Notes under the pieces: model-generated | Told to the model about the DNA's origin: nothing | Databases searched by the model: none | Seen by the model: the letters and a program-made list of their open reading frames with translations, nothing else | In this document: positions 11,058-20,016 of the stretch, one piece after another | How positions within the stretch are numbered: position 1 is the first letter of the stretch | Layout: the number at the start of each line of letters is the position of its first letter | Position numbers and translations under genes: made by a program | Source of the DNA: Candidatus Eiseniibacteriota bacterium | GTDB taxonomy: Bacteria > Eisenbacteria > RBG-16-71-46 > SZUA-252 | Assembly (NCBI GenBank): GCA_963724515.1 | Contig: CAVRUU010000009.1 | Span: 63,219-127,218 of the forward strand | DNA length: 64,000 nt | Reading direction: 5' to 3'

Positions 11058-12268
11058 GCGCCGACGCTCAGGCACGCGCGGCCCACCCGGAGAAGCTGCG
11101 AGTCACGGCGCTCTCGGCTTCGGCCGGAGTGCGCGCGATCTTCGGTATCATGATCGCGATCGGAGTCGTGACGTTCGCTCTGGAGGTGAGCACCGATCCG
11201 ACGCGCGCCTACGCCGCGTGGCTCCACAACTACTGCGTGTTCCTGTTCCTCGGACTGGCGGGGACGTTCTTCTCCGCGATCCACTACATCACGGGGGCCA
11301 CCTGGAGCGTCGCGGTGCGGCGCATCGCCGATGCGTTTTCGTCCTACGTGCCCGTCTCGCTCCTGCTCTTCGTGGTCGTGGCGATCGGGATTCCGCATTT
11401 GTACATCTGGTCCAGCCCGGCGGCGACGCAGGGCGTCGGTGCGAAGATGATCGCCAAAGGCGGATATCTCTCGACGAATCTCTTCATCATCCGGAACGTG
11501 ATCTATCTCGCGATCTGGTCGTTCTTCTCCTGGTTCTTCGTGAGGAACTCGACGCGGCAGGATGAGACCCGCGACCCTTCGCTTACGAAGAGGAACGTCA
11601 AGATCTCCGCGATCTTCCTCGTCACATTCGCCCTGGTCTTCACGCTCGCGAGCTTCGACTTGCTCATGTCGCTCGAGCCCACGTGGTACAGCACGATCTT
11701 CGGGGTCTACTGCTGGGCGGGGCTCTGGCAGAGCGGGCTCGCGGCGATCGCGATCGTCGCGGTGATCCTGCGCCGGCAGGGGGCCCTGAACGGAGTGATC
11801 GGCCGCGCGCACTATTACGATCTCGGGAAGCTCATCTTCGCTTTCGCGGTCTTCTGGACGTACATCGCGTTCTCGCAGTTCATGCTGATCTGGTATGCCA
11901 ACCTGCCCGAGGAGATCGAGTGGATGATCCACCGGATCTACACGGGCTGGGGGGCGGTCATCATCGCGGTGGCCGTGCTCAAGTGGGTGATCCCCTTCTT
12001 CGTGCTGATGCCCCAGAGGTGGAAGGAGAACGAAACGGTGCTCCTCACGGTGAGCGCCGGCGTGATCCTCGGCCAGTGGCTCGATCTCTACTGGATCATC
12101 TATCCTGCGTTCTCGCCCGAGCACGCCACGCTGAGCTGGAATGAGATCGGCGTCGCGGTGGGCTTCATCGGCCTCTTCGGCTGGACGGTACAGGCCTTCC
12201 TGAGCCGCCACCCGGTCGCGCCGCACGGCGACCCATACTTTCCCGCGAGTGTGAGGTTCCACGCATGA
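11054..12268 (+). CDS. actF: Alternative Complex III membrane subunit ActF (NrfD-like)
   Basis: 404-aa polytopic membrane protein directly after actE, with a 4-nt overlap. This is the second NrfD-like subunit expected in ACIII. Confidence 0.85.
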   Translation: MSADAQARAAHPEKLRVTALSASAGVRAIFGIMIAIGVVTFALEVSTDPTRAYAAWLHNYCVFLFLGLAGTFFSAIHYITGATWSVAVRRIADAFSSYVPVSLLLFVVVAIGIPHLYIWSSPAATQGVGAKMIAKGGYLSTNLFIIRNVIYLAIWSFFSWFFVRNSTRQDETRDPSLTKRNVKISAIFLVTFALVFTLASFDLLMSLEPTWYSTIFGVYCWAGLWQSGLAAIAIVAVILRRQGALNGVIGRAHYYDLGKLIFAFAVFWTYIAFSQFMLIWYANLPEEIEWMIHRIYTGWGAVIIAVAVLKWVIPFFVLMPQRWKENETVLLTVSAGVILGQWLDLYWIIYPAFSPEHATLSWNEIGVAVGFIGLFGWTVQAFLSRHPVAPHGDPYFPASVRFHA

Positions 12269-13266
12269 TGGAAACGGCGCATCCCGCTCCCGGACCGCAC
12301 CCGCCCGAGCCTCCGCGCGAGGAGGAAGCCGGGGGCGCTCTGGCGCTCGCGCAGTTCGCGGTCACGGCGATCCTGATCGGCCTCGTGGCGACGCTTGCCT
12401 ACATGGCGGGCATGCGGTCGGCGGGAAAAGAGGCGGGTGGGGGGCATGCCGCCGGAGCGGGCGGGAGTCAGGGCGCGACGGTGAACGTGGCGATCCTCCT
12501 CAAGCCCACGGCGGAGCTGGTCGCGAAGGGAAAGACGCTCTTTGCCGTCAACTGCTCGTCCTGCCACGGCATCGAGGGGCTCGGGAACGGACCCGCGGCA
12601 GTGGCGCTCAATCCGAAGCCGCGAAACTTCCATGAGGGCTACTGGAGGTACGGTGGCGGCGTCGCCCGGATCGTCCAGACGGTATCCACAGGCTCGCCGG
12701 GCACCGCCATGGCGGCCTTCACGAGCATTCCGCTCGAGGATCGCTTCGCGCTCGCGCATTTCGTGCGGACGTTCTCGCCGAAGCCCGAGGCAGACAAGCC
12801 GGAGGATCTCGCGTGGCTCGGCCCCATCGAAGGGCCGGGAGGCGGGACCGGGCCGGGCGGCGGGCCGGGCGGTCCGTCAACGCCCAGGCCCACGATTCCG
12901 ATCGACGTGGCCGTGCGACTCATGACGGAGCCCGCGCCGGTCGCGCAGGCGTCCTCGACGATGCCTCCGCCCTGGGACGGGCCGGGTGCTACGATCTACC
13001 GCGAGCGCTGCGCTTCCTGCCATGGGGCGGCGGGCGAAGGCGGGGTGCGCGTGAGGATGCTGGGATCCGCGCCGTACGCGTACGTGACGACGCTCCCCCT
13101 GTCCGCCCCGCGCACCGGATGGGCCGGGGACGCCGCCAAGTTCGCGAAGATCGTCATCGAGGGAATTCCCGGATACGTGATGCCCGCCAACGGAGACCTC
13201 TCGATCGACGACTTCCGGGCGCTCTACGATTTCACCATGAGCCTTCGAGGAAGACAGCCGATATGA
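12265..13266 (+). CDS. membrane-anchored dihaem cytochrome c
   Basis: 333 aa. One N-terminal TM (FAVTAILIGLVATLAYMAGM). Two class-I cytochrome c domains (CSSCHG, CASCHG) joined by a Gly/Pro-rich linker (GPGGGTGPGGGPGGPSTPRP). Sits between actF and coxB with 4-nt overlaps on both sides. Confidence 0.75.
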   Translation: MMETAHPAPGPHPPEPPREEEAGGALALAQFAVTAILIGLVATLAYMAGMRSAGKEAGGGHAAGAGGSQGATVNVAILLKPTAELVAKGKTLFAVNCSSCHGIEGLGNGPAAVALNPKPRNFHEGYWRYGGGVARIVQTVSTGSPGTAMAAFTSIPLEDRFALAHFVRTFSPKPEADKPEDLAWLGPIEGPGGGTGPGGGPGGPSTPRPTIPIDVAVRLMTEPAPVAQASSTMPPPWDGPGATIYRERCASCHGAAGEGGVRVRMLGSAPYAYVTTLPLSAPRTGWAGDAAKFAKIVIEGIPGYVMPANGDLSIDDFRALYDFTMSLRGRQPI

Positions 13267-13970
13267 CGCATCGGAACCGCCGGACGCTCCTTCTCCTGGG
13301 ATTTGTCGTCGTCGCCACGGCTCTCTTCGCGAGCCCCGCCGGGGCGTGGCTGCTCCACCCGGCGACCACCATCGCGCGCGACGTGCGATCCCTCTTCTGG
13401 AAGGCCGTCGGGATCACGATGTTCTTCTTCGTTCTGGCGGAGGGGATTCTGCTCGTCGCGATCCTCAAGTTCCGCGCGAAGCCGGGAGTCCCCGCGGCCA
13501 AATGGCACGAAAACATGCGCCTCGAGATCGTCTGGACCGCGATCCCCGCGCTCGCGATGGTCATCCTGTCGGGTCCGACGTTCAGCACGATGAAGTACAT
13601 GGAGACGATCCCCAAATCGGACGTTCAGATCGAGATCATCGGACATCAGTGGTTCTGGGAGTATCGATATCCGAAGTACGGCGTCATCTTCGCGAACGAG
13701 CCGCTCGTGCTGCCGGCGGGCCGGAACGTCTCCGCGAACATCACCTCGATCGACGTCGTGCATAGCTGGTTCGTCCCCGATTTCGGAATCAAGATGGACG
13801 CCAATCCCGGCCGGATCAATCACGTGTGGTTCGACGTGGACAAACCCGGCACCTATGAAGGCCAGTGCGCCGAGCTCTGCGGCGTGTACGCGCAGATGTT
13901 CATCACGGTGAACGTGGTGACGCCGGAAGAATTCGAGCGCTGGATCGAACAGAAGAAGAAGGGAGCCTAG
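13263..13970 (+). CDS. coxB: cytochrome c oxidase subunit II (no fused cytochrome c domain)
   Basis: C-terminal 235 aa of ORF 12813..13970, from MTHRNRR. Two TM segments, then a cupredoxin domain (IGHQWFWEYRY, VVHSWFVPDFG, CAELCG..M). The second CuA histidine is absent (see findings). Confidence 0.85.
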   Translation: MTHRNRRTLLLLGFVVVATALFASPAGAWLLHPATTIARDVRSLFWKAVGITMFFFVLAEGILLVAILKFRAKPGVPAAKWHENMRLEIVWTAIPALAMVILSGPTFSTMKYMETIPKSDVQIEIIGHQWFWEYRYPKYGVIFANEPLVLPAGRNVSANITSIDVVHSWFVPDFGIKMDANPGRINHVWFDVDKPGTYEGQCAELCGVYAQMFITVNVVTPEEFERWIEQKKKGA

Positions 13971-13975
13971 CCAAC

Positions 13976-15600
13976 ATGGAAGCCGGCAGCATCGCCGCCC
14001 GAGCCGCCTCGCATCACGAGGCAGCCGCTCCTCACGCGAAGCCGAGGACGGGCATTCTCAAGTGGCTTCTGACCACCGATCACAAGCTGATCGGCGTCAT
14101 GTACATCTGGCTCGCGTTCTTCTTCTTCAGCATCGCCGGCGCCTTCGCGATGATCATGCGCGCCCAGCTCATGGGGCCCGGCCTCCACATCGTGCATCCC
14201 GAGGTCTACAACCAGATCATGTCCCTCCACGGGACGTTCATGATCTTCTTCTTCACGATTCCGGTCATGGCGGGGCTCGCGAACTACGTGGTCCCGATCC
14301 AGATCGGCGCGCGCGACATGGCCTTCCCGCGGCTCAACGCGGTGAGCTTCTGGATGCTCATCCCCTCGGGCGGGCTCATGCTGGCGAGCATGGTCCTCAA
14401 GGGCGGGGCCGCTGCCGCGGGTTGGACGAGTTATCCGCCGCTGACCGATCGCCAGTTCTCTCCGGGGCCGGGCGTGGATCTGTGGATCCTGGGGCTTCAC
14501 CTCGCGGGAGCCTCCTCGATCCTGGGTGGAATCAATTTCGTCGTGACGATCCTGAACCTGCGCGCTCCGGGCATGAAGCTCTTCAAGATGCCGATGTTCT
14601 GCTGGAACGTCCTGATCACGCAGACGATCATCCTCTTCGCGACCCCGGTTCTCGCGGGGGCGCTCACGATGCTGCTCACCGACCGCATGTTCGGGACGAG
14701 CTTCTTCCATCCTTCCGCGGGCGGGGACCCCGTTCTCTGGCAGCATCTCTTCTGGTTCTATTCGCACCCCGCTGTCTACATCATGGTCCTTCCGGGTATG
14801 GGAATGATCTCCCAGATCCTTCCGGCCTTCTCCGACAAGCATCTCTTCGGTTACAAGGGCATGGTCCTCGCCACGGCGGGGATCGGCTTCATCGGCTACC
14901 TGGTCTGGGGACACCACATGTTCGCGAGCGGAGTCGACTACCGGCTCCGCCTCTTCTTCAGCTTCGCGTCGATGGTGATCGCGGTTCCGACCGGCATCAA
15001 GATCTGGTCCTGGCTCGCGACGATCTGGGGCGGCTCGCTCCGGTTCAAGACGCCCATGCTCTTCGGGCTCGGCTTCATCGCGCTCTTCATCATCGGCGGG
15101 ATCACGGGCGTGTGGCTCGCGCTGGTTCCGTTCGATGTCCAGGTGCATGACACCTACTTCGTCGTCGCGCACCTGCACTACGTGCTCTTCGGTGGCTCCC
15201 TGATGTCGATCATGGCCGGGATGTCTACTGGTTCCCGAAGGGTCTCGGGGAGGCTGTCACCAGCGAGTTCTGGGGCGAGGCCTCCAGCTTCTGGTTCACG
15301 TTCATCGGGATGAACCTCACGTTCATGCCCATGCACCTGATGGGAATGCTCGGGATGCCGCGCCGCATCTACACCTACAAGCCTCAGTTCGCGGACCTGA
15401 ATCACATCGCGAGCGCGGGGGCCGCCGTCCTCGGGGTCGGGATGGCGATCTTCGTGCTCAACATGCTGCTGAGCCTCTGGCGCGGGAAGAAGGCTCCTCC
15501 GGACCCCTGGAACCACACGGACGAGACCCGCACGCTGGAGTGGACGGTCGGCTCACCCCCTCCGGCCGAGAACTTCCACACCATCCCGGTCATCCGCTAG
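13976..15600 (+). pseudogene. coxA: cytochrome c oxidase subunit I, A2-type (YSHPAVY), reading frame broken by a 1-nt deletion near 15224
   Basis: ORF 13865..15313 (from MEAGS at 13976) reads as CoxA up to ..HYVLFGGSLMSIMAGM. The rest (YWFPKGLGEAVTSEFWGEASSFWFTFIGMNLTFMPMH..) continues in the frame of ORF 15310..15600, starting at 15226. Confidence 0.85.
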
Positions 15601-16505
15601 AGAGGTCGGTCACGCGTCTCCCGAGCTTCTTCGTCGCGACGGTGGCGCTCGTCTTCGTTCTGGTCGTGTGGGGTGGGATCGTCCGCCTGACCGGCTCGGG
15701 CCTGGCGATTCCCGACTGGCCGCTGGCGAACGGGAGGTTCATCCCGTCCCCTGAAACGCGGGTCCTGATCGAGTTCACCCACCGCGTGCTGGCGATGATC
15801 GTGGGCCTGGCGACGCTGGGGCTCGCCGTCGCCGTCTACGGGAGCGCTCGCTACCGGCGCGCGCTGGGCGGCCTGATGGCGGCAGCCCTCGTGATCCTCG
15901 CGATCCAGATCTTGATGGGCGGCCGCGTCGTGCTGGAGGAGCTCAAGGTCGACCGGGTCGTCGCGCATCTACTGCTCGCGTTCTTCTTCTTCGGGCTCCT
16001 GCTCCGGATGACCCTCCGGGCGCAGGATGTTGCCCGCGCGGGGGAGGGAGCGGACGCGCTTGCGGGAACCGGCGTCAAGGGCGCCAAGGCGCTCAGGGCC
16101 TGGAGCCACGCCGCGGCTGGGCTCGTGTTCCTCCAGGCGGGTCTCGGAGCTTGGGTCTCATCCTCGGGAGCCGCGCTCGCGTGTCCCGATTTCCCTACCT
16201 GTCACGGCACGTTGTTCCCCAGAATGGAAGGTCTGGTCGGGATCCACTACGCACACCGGCTCGGCGCCTACCTGGTCTTCGCGGCCGTGCTCGGGCTCTC
16301 GCTCCGCGCCGCTTCGGCGCCGCTGCCCCCTCGGGCGCGGTGGCCGCTCCGGCTCGCGGGGGTGTTGGTGTCATTGCAGATCGTTCTCGGGGTCATGAAC
16401 GTGGTCCTGTCGCTGCCTCTCGCGGTCAGCGCGGGGCATCTGGCGACGGCGCTCGCGCTCTTCGGCACACTCCTGGTGGCGAATCATGAGCTTGCACGTC
16501 TCTAG
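15540..16505 (+). CDS. ctaA: haem A synthase (COX15/CtaA family)
   Basis: 8-TM ORF with GGIVRLTGSGL..PDWPL, conserved His residues (EFTHR, VAHLL, YAHRLGAY, GHLA) and CPDFPTCHG in the second half. Start uncertain: ATG 15540 overlaps coxA, and GTG at 15642 is an alternative. Confidence 0.8.
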   Translation: MDGRLTPSGRELPHHPGHPLERSVTRLPSFFVATVALVFVLVVWGGIVRLTGSGLAIPDWPLANGRFIPSPETRVLIEFTHRVLAMIVGLATLGLAVAVYGSARYRRALGGLMAAALVILAIQILMGGRVVLEELKVDRVVAHLLLAFFFFGLLLRMTLRAQDVARAGEGADALAGTGVKGAKALRAWSHAAAGLVFLQAGLGAWVSSSGAALACPDFPTCHGTLFPRMEGLVGIHYAHRLGAYLVFAAVLGLSLRAASAPLPPRARWPLRLAGVLVSLQIVLGVMNVVLSLPLAVSAGHLATALALFGTLLVANHELARL

Positions 16506-17364
16506 CTATATCCAGCTCACCAAGCCGCGGATCGTCCTCCTGGTGCTCGTCACGGCCCTGGCGGCTCTCGTGATGGAAGGCTCGCTGCTCGCCCATCCGG
16601 GCCGGCTCCTGCTCGTGCTCTTCGCGATCACTTTGGTTGCCGGGTCCGCGAACGCCTTCAATCAGTACTTCGAGCGGGACCTGGACGCGCAGATGGCGCG
16701 GACGCGCACGCGGCGGCCGCTCCCGCTGCGGCAGGTGTCGGCGCGAAGCGCGCTCTACTTCGCCGTGGGGATCGGTGCGATCTCGGTCGCGCTGTTATGG
16801 GTGGTGGGGAACGCGCTGAGCGCGCTGCTCGCTCTGGGGACGATCTTGTTCTATGGGTTCGGGTACACGCTCTGGCTCAAGCCACGGACAGTGCACAACA
16901 TCGTCATCGGAGGCGCTGCCGGGGCGATGGGTCCGGTGATCGCATGGGCCGCGGCGAGCGGGGGACTCACGCTCGCGCCGATCCTTCTCTTCCTCGTCAT
17001 CTTCCTGTGGACGCCCCCCCACTTCTGGGCGCTCGCGCTCTGCGTGAAAGAGGACTACCGCGCCGTCAAGATCCCGATGCTGCCCCTCGTGAGGGGGGAC
17101 GCGGAGACCTACCGCCAGATCGAGATCTACAGCGTGGGCTTGGTCGCGCTCACCCTGGCGATGCCGTTCCTCCGCACGGGCGGACTCGTCTACGCGCTGC
17201 TGGCGCTCGGGCTCGGCTGCGTGTTCGTCTGGAAGGCCGTCCGGGCGCGCAGACTCGCCACCGTGCGCTCGGCTTGGGAGGTGTTCGGATTCTCGATCCT
17301 CTACCTCTTCGTCCTCTTCCTCGGGCTGATCGCCGACGCGATCTGGCGCATCCCGATTCTCTAG
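16486..17364 (+). CDS. ctaB: protohaem IX farnesyltransferase (haem O synthase)
   Basis: 292 aa, YIQLTKPRIVLL.., UbiA-family motifs (NQYFERDLDAQMARTRTRRPL). Overlaps the ctaA end. Confidence 0.9.
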   Translation: MSLHVSSYIQLTKPRIVLLVLVTALAALVMEGSLLAHPGRLLLVLFAITLVAGSANAFNQYFERDLDAQMARTRTRRPLPLRQVSARSALYFAVGIGAISVALLWVVGNALSALLALGTILFYGFGYTLWLKPRTVHNIVIGGAAGAMGPVIAWAAASGGLTLAPILLFLVIFLWTPPHFWALALCVKEDYRAVKIPMLPLVRGDAETYRQIEIYSVGLVALTLAMPFLRTGGLVYALLALGLGCVFVWKAVRARRLATVRSAWEVFGFSILYLFVLFLGLIADAIWRIPIL

Positions 17365-17381
17365 GTCAGGAGCCCGCCCCG

Positions 17382-17966
17382 ATGAAGAAACCGAGCAACG
17401 CCCTTCTCGGCGGAGCCATAGGGCTCGTCGTGCTCCTGATGTTTTCCTTCGCCTACGCGAACGTACCGCTCTTCAAGCTCTTCTGCGAGCGCTTCGGGAT
17501 CGGCGGGCAGGGTAAGGCGGCGGTGAAAGGGGAAACGGTGGGGGCGGCTTCGGATCTGTCGAGCAGCACGGGGCCGATCGAATCGCGCCACATCCGGGTG
17601 ACGTTCATGGGGATCAGCGCAAGCGGGCTCCCGGTGCGGTTCAAGCCCTCGGTGCCATCGGTCACCACGATTCCCGGGAAATCTGTCCGGCTCTCGTACG
17701 ACTTCACGAACATGAGCGACGATTCGGTCTTTTTCCGCGCCGTCCACTCGATCGCTCCTCAGAAGGCGGCGCGCGAGTTCCAGCTCATCCAGTGCTTCTG
17801 CTTCGAGGACCAGGCACTCGGCCCGCGCGAGTCGCGGAAGCTGCCCGTCTACTTCGCGCTCTCTCCCCGCATGCCCGTCGAAGTCGACGAGCTGACGCTC
17901 TCCTACACGCTGTTCCCGAGGGATCCGAAGAAGAAGCTGCCGGTGCCGGCTGCTGCGGCGAACTGA
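17382..17966 (+). CDS. ctaG: cytochrome c oxidase assembly protein CtaG/Cox11 (CuB insertion)
   Basis: C-terminal 194 aa of ORF 16797..17966, from MKKPSNALLGG. One TM followed by LFKLFCERFGIGG and the CFCFE copper motif. Confidence 0.85.
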   Translation: MKKPSNALLGGAIGLVVLLMFSFAYANVPLFKLFCERFGIGGQGKAAVKGETVGAASDLSSSTGPIESRHIRVTFMGISASGLPVRFKPSVPSVTTIPGKSVRLSYDFTNMSDDSVFFRAVHSIAPQKAAREFQLIQCFCFEDQALGPRESRKLPVYFALSPRMPVEVDELTLSYTLFPRDPKKKLPVPAAAAN

Positions 17967-17997
17967 GGGGGCGGAGAGATCAGAGGGGAGCCGCGGG

Positions 17998-19020
17998 TTA
18001 CCGCGCGGCGCCGGAATAGATCGCGATGATCGACCGGAGGAGCTTCAGCGCCTCCGGCTTCTTTCTCTGAAATGAATTGCGGCCGATGATCGAGCCGAAG
18101 CCTCCGCCGTCGCGGATGGCGCGGGCCTCGTTCAGGATTTCCTCGTCGTTCTCCTTCTTCGCGCCCCCTGAAAAGATCACGATGCGCCGGCCGTCGAAGG
18201 AGGACTGGACCACGTGGCGGACGCGGTCGGCCAGCGTCGCGATCGGAATCCCGTTTTTCTCGTACGCTTTCCTGGCCTCTTCCTGCTCGATGTGCTCGGT
18301 GGGGAGTTTGACCTTGAGGATGTGCGCGCCGAGCTGGGCGGCGATGTGGGCGGCGTAGGCCACGACGTCGATCCCGGTCTCGCCCGCCTTGCTGATCCCC
18401 GAGCCGCGCGGGTAGCTCCAGACCACGACGGCGAGCCCGTTCCGCTTGGCCTCCTCCGCGATCGCCTGGATCTGCCCGTACATCTGGGTCGCGTTAGCCG
18501 ACCCCGGATAGATGGTGAACCCGATCGCGCTGCAGCCGAGCCGGAGCGCCTCGTGGACGCTCCCCGTGACCGCGGAAAGGGGGTCCTTCTCATCATGAAG
18601 GACGTCGTGGTTGTTGGCTTTCAGGATGAGCGGGATCTCACCCGCGAACTCAGCGGCGCCGGCTTCCAGGAACCCGAGCGGCGCGGCGTAGGCGTTGCAG
18701 CCCGCCTCGATCGCCAGCTCGAAGTGAAAGCGCGGATCGTACGCGGCCGGATTCGACGCGAAGGAGCGCGCTGGGCCGTGCTCGAAGCCCTGGTCCACGG
18801 GCAGGATGACCAGCTTGCCCGTGCCGGCCAGCGCTCCGTGGTTCAGCAGCCGCGCGATGTTCGCCTTCGTCCCTGGGTTGTCCGATCCATACCACGAGAG
18901 GATCTCGCGGACGCGCTCGGTGGCACGGTGCCCGCCCGGCGCGGATGCTGTGGGTTTCGGCGCGACAGCCATCTCAGGGTTCATTGCGGCAGTATAGACG
19001 GCCGGTTCGGCCGGGGGCAA
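17998..19020 (-). CDS. fbaB: class I fructose-bisphosphate aldolase (FbaB/DhnA type)
   Basis: 340 aa, alignable by eye to E. coli FbaB (GTGKLVILPVDQGFEHGP, ELAIEAGCNA, SGG..., GRNSFQ). TTG start at 19020; ATG at 18984 is an alternative. Confidence 0.85.
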   Translation of the reverse strand: MPPAEPAVYTAAMNPEMAVAPKPTASAPGGHRATERVREILSWYGSDNPGTKANIARLLNHGALAGTGKLVILPVDQGFEHGPARSFASNPAAYDPRFHFELAIEAGCNAYAAPLGFLEAGAAEFAGEIPLILKANNHDVLHDEKDPLSAVTGSVHEALRLGCSAIGFTIYPGSANATQMYGQIQAIAEEAKRNGLAVVVWSYPRGSGISKAGETGIDVVAYAAHIAAQLGAHILKVKLPTEHIEQEEARKAYEKNGIPIATLADRVRHVVQSSFDGRRIVIFSGGAKKENDEEILNEARAIRDGGGFGSIIGRNSFQRKKPEALKLLRSIIAIYSGAAR

Positions 19021-19023
19021 GCC

Positions 19024-20016
19024 TCACCCTCTCCCCATGGCCGCGTAACGCGCGGCGCCCAGGAGACCGGTCAGCTCGTTTCGGACGACCCATACCGGGA
19101 TCGTCTCGAGGATAGGCCTCAGGTGGTCCTTGCTCCGGAATGCCTCGAGAAACGGGTCCCATTTCAGGGCCGGGAGGATCTTCGGCGCGATCCCGCCTCC
19201 GAGGAAGATCCCGGCGCGCGCCACGGCGCGCAACGCCATGTTGCCGGCCTCGGCCCCGTACGCGCCCACGAAGAGGCGGAGTGCCTGCTCGCACGCGGCG
19301 CAATCGCGGGCCATTCCGCGCCGGCTCACGACCTCGGCCGGCCCGTTCCCCCCGGCCTCTTCGAGATGCCCGCTCCACTCCGCGGAGGCCCCGGACTCCT
19401 TGTGAAAGAACTCGCCGAGCGCGACGAGGCCCGGGCCCGACAGAACCCGCTCCCAGCTCACGCGGCCGTAGCGGTCGCGGAGCGCGCGGAAGACCCGCAG
19501 CTCCTCATCCGTGCGCGGCGCGAAGTCGGCGTGGCCCCCCTCGGACGGGATCGGGATCAGATCACGGCCCTGGCGGACCAGGATCGTTTCGCCGAGTCCG
19601 GTTCCCGCCGCGAGCAGGCCGGCACACGCATCCCGGGCCGGCTCGCCCGCCTGGAGCGGCTCGAGCTCGGTCGGCTTCAGTGCCGCGAGCCCGTAGCCGG
19701 TCGCGACGAGATCGTTGATGACGTGCACGTGGTCCCGGCCGAGCCGCAATTCTCTCGCGAGCGTATTGGACTCGATCACCCAGGGCAGGCTGGTGACGTG
19801 CACGTTGCCCCCCACGACCGCGCCCGCGGCGCCGAGGCACGCGGCATGGGTCGGGCCGGGATGGCGCGAGAGGTAATCGTGAAGCAGGGCCTCGAACGAC
19901 GGGTAGTCCTGGCTCGGCAGCATCTCGAGCGCGACCGGGTCTCCGGGCGCTCCTCCGGTGACCTCGAAGCGCGCGAGGAACGTCTTGGTTCCGCCGACGT
20001 CGCCGGCCAGGATCAC
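19024..20016 (-). CDS. glk: glucokinase
   Basis: 330 aa. ROK-less Glk-type N-terminus (ILAGDVGGTKT) and GGGIAPK near the C-terminus. GTG start overlapping the pgl stop. Confidence 0.85.
   Translation of the reverse strand: MILAGDVGGTKTFLARFEVTGGAPGDPVALEMLPSQDYPSFEALLHDYLSRHPGPTHAACLGAAGAVVGGNVHVTSLPWVIESNTLARELRLGRDHVHVINDLVATGYGLAALKPTELEPLQAGEPARDACAGLLAAGTGLGETILVRQGRDLIPIPSEGGHADFAPRTDEELRVFRALRDRYGRVSWERVLSGPGLVALGEFFHKESGASAEWSGHLEEAGGNGPAEVVSRRGMARDCAACEQALRLFVGAYGAEAGNMALRAVARAGIFLGGGIAPKILPALKWDPFLEAFRSKDHLRPILETIPVWVVRNELTGLLGAARYAAMGRG

Noticed and set aside
10907-15178. 451-aa (10907..12262) and 403-aa (13967..15178) minus-strand ORFs
   Set aside because: Antisense to actF and coxA. 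Asp/Arg/Glu/His-rich artefacts that mirror the hydrophobic codons of membrane proteins.
15215-15230. Programmed ribosomal frameshift in coxA
   Set aside because: No slippery heptamer or downstream structure is evident. I know of no precedent for frameshifting in subunit I. A simple 1-nt indel is more parsimonious.
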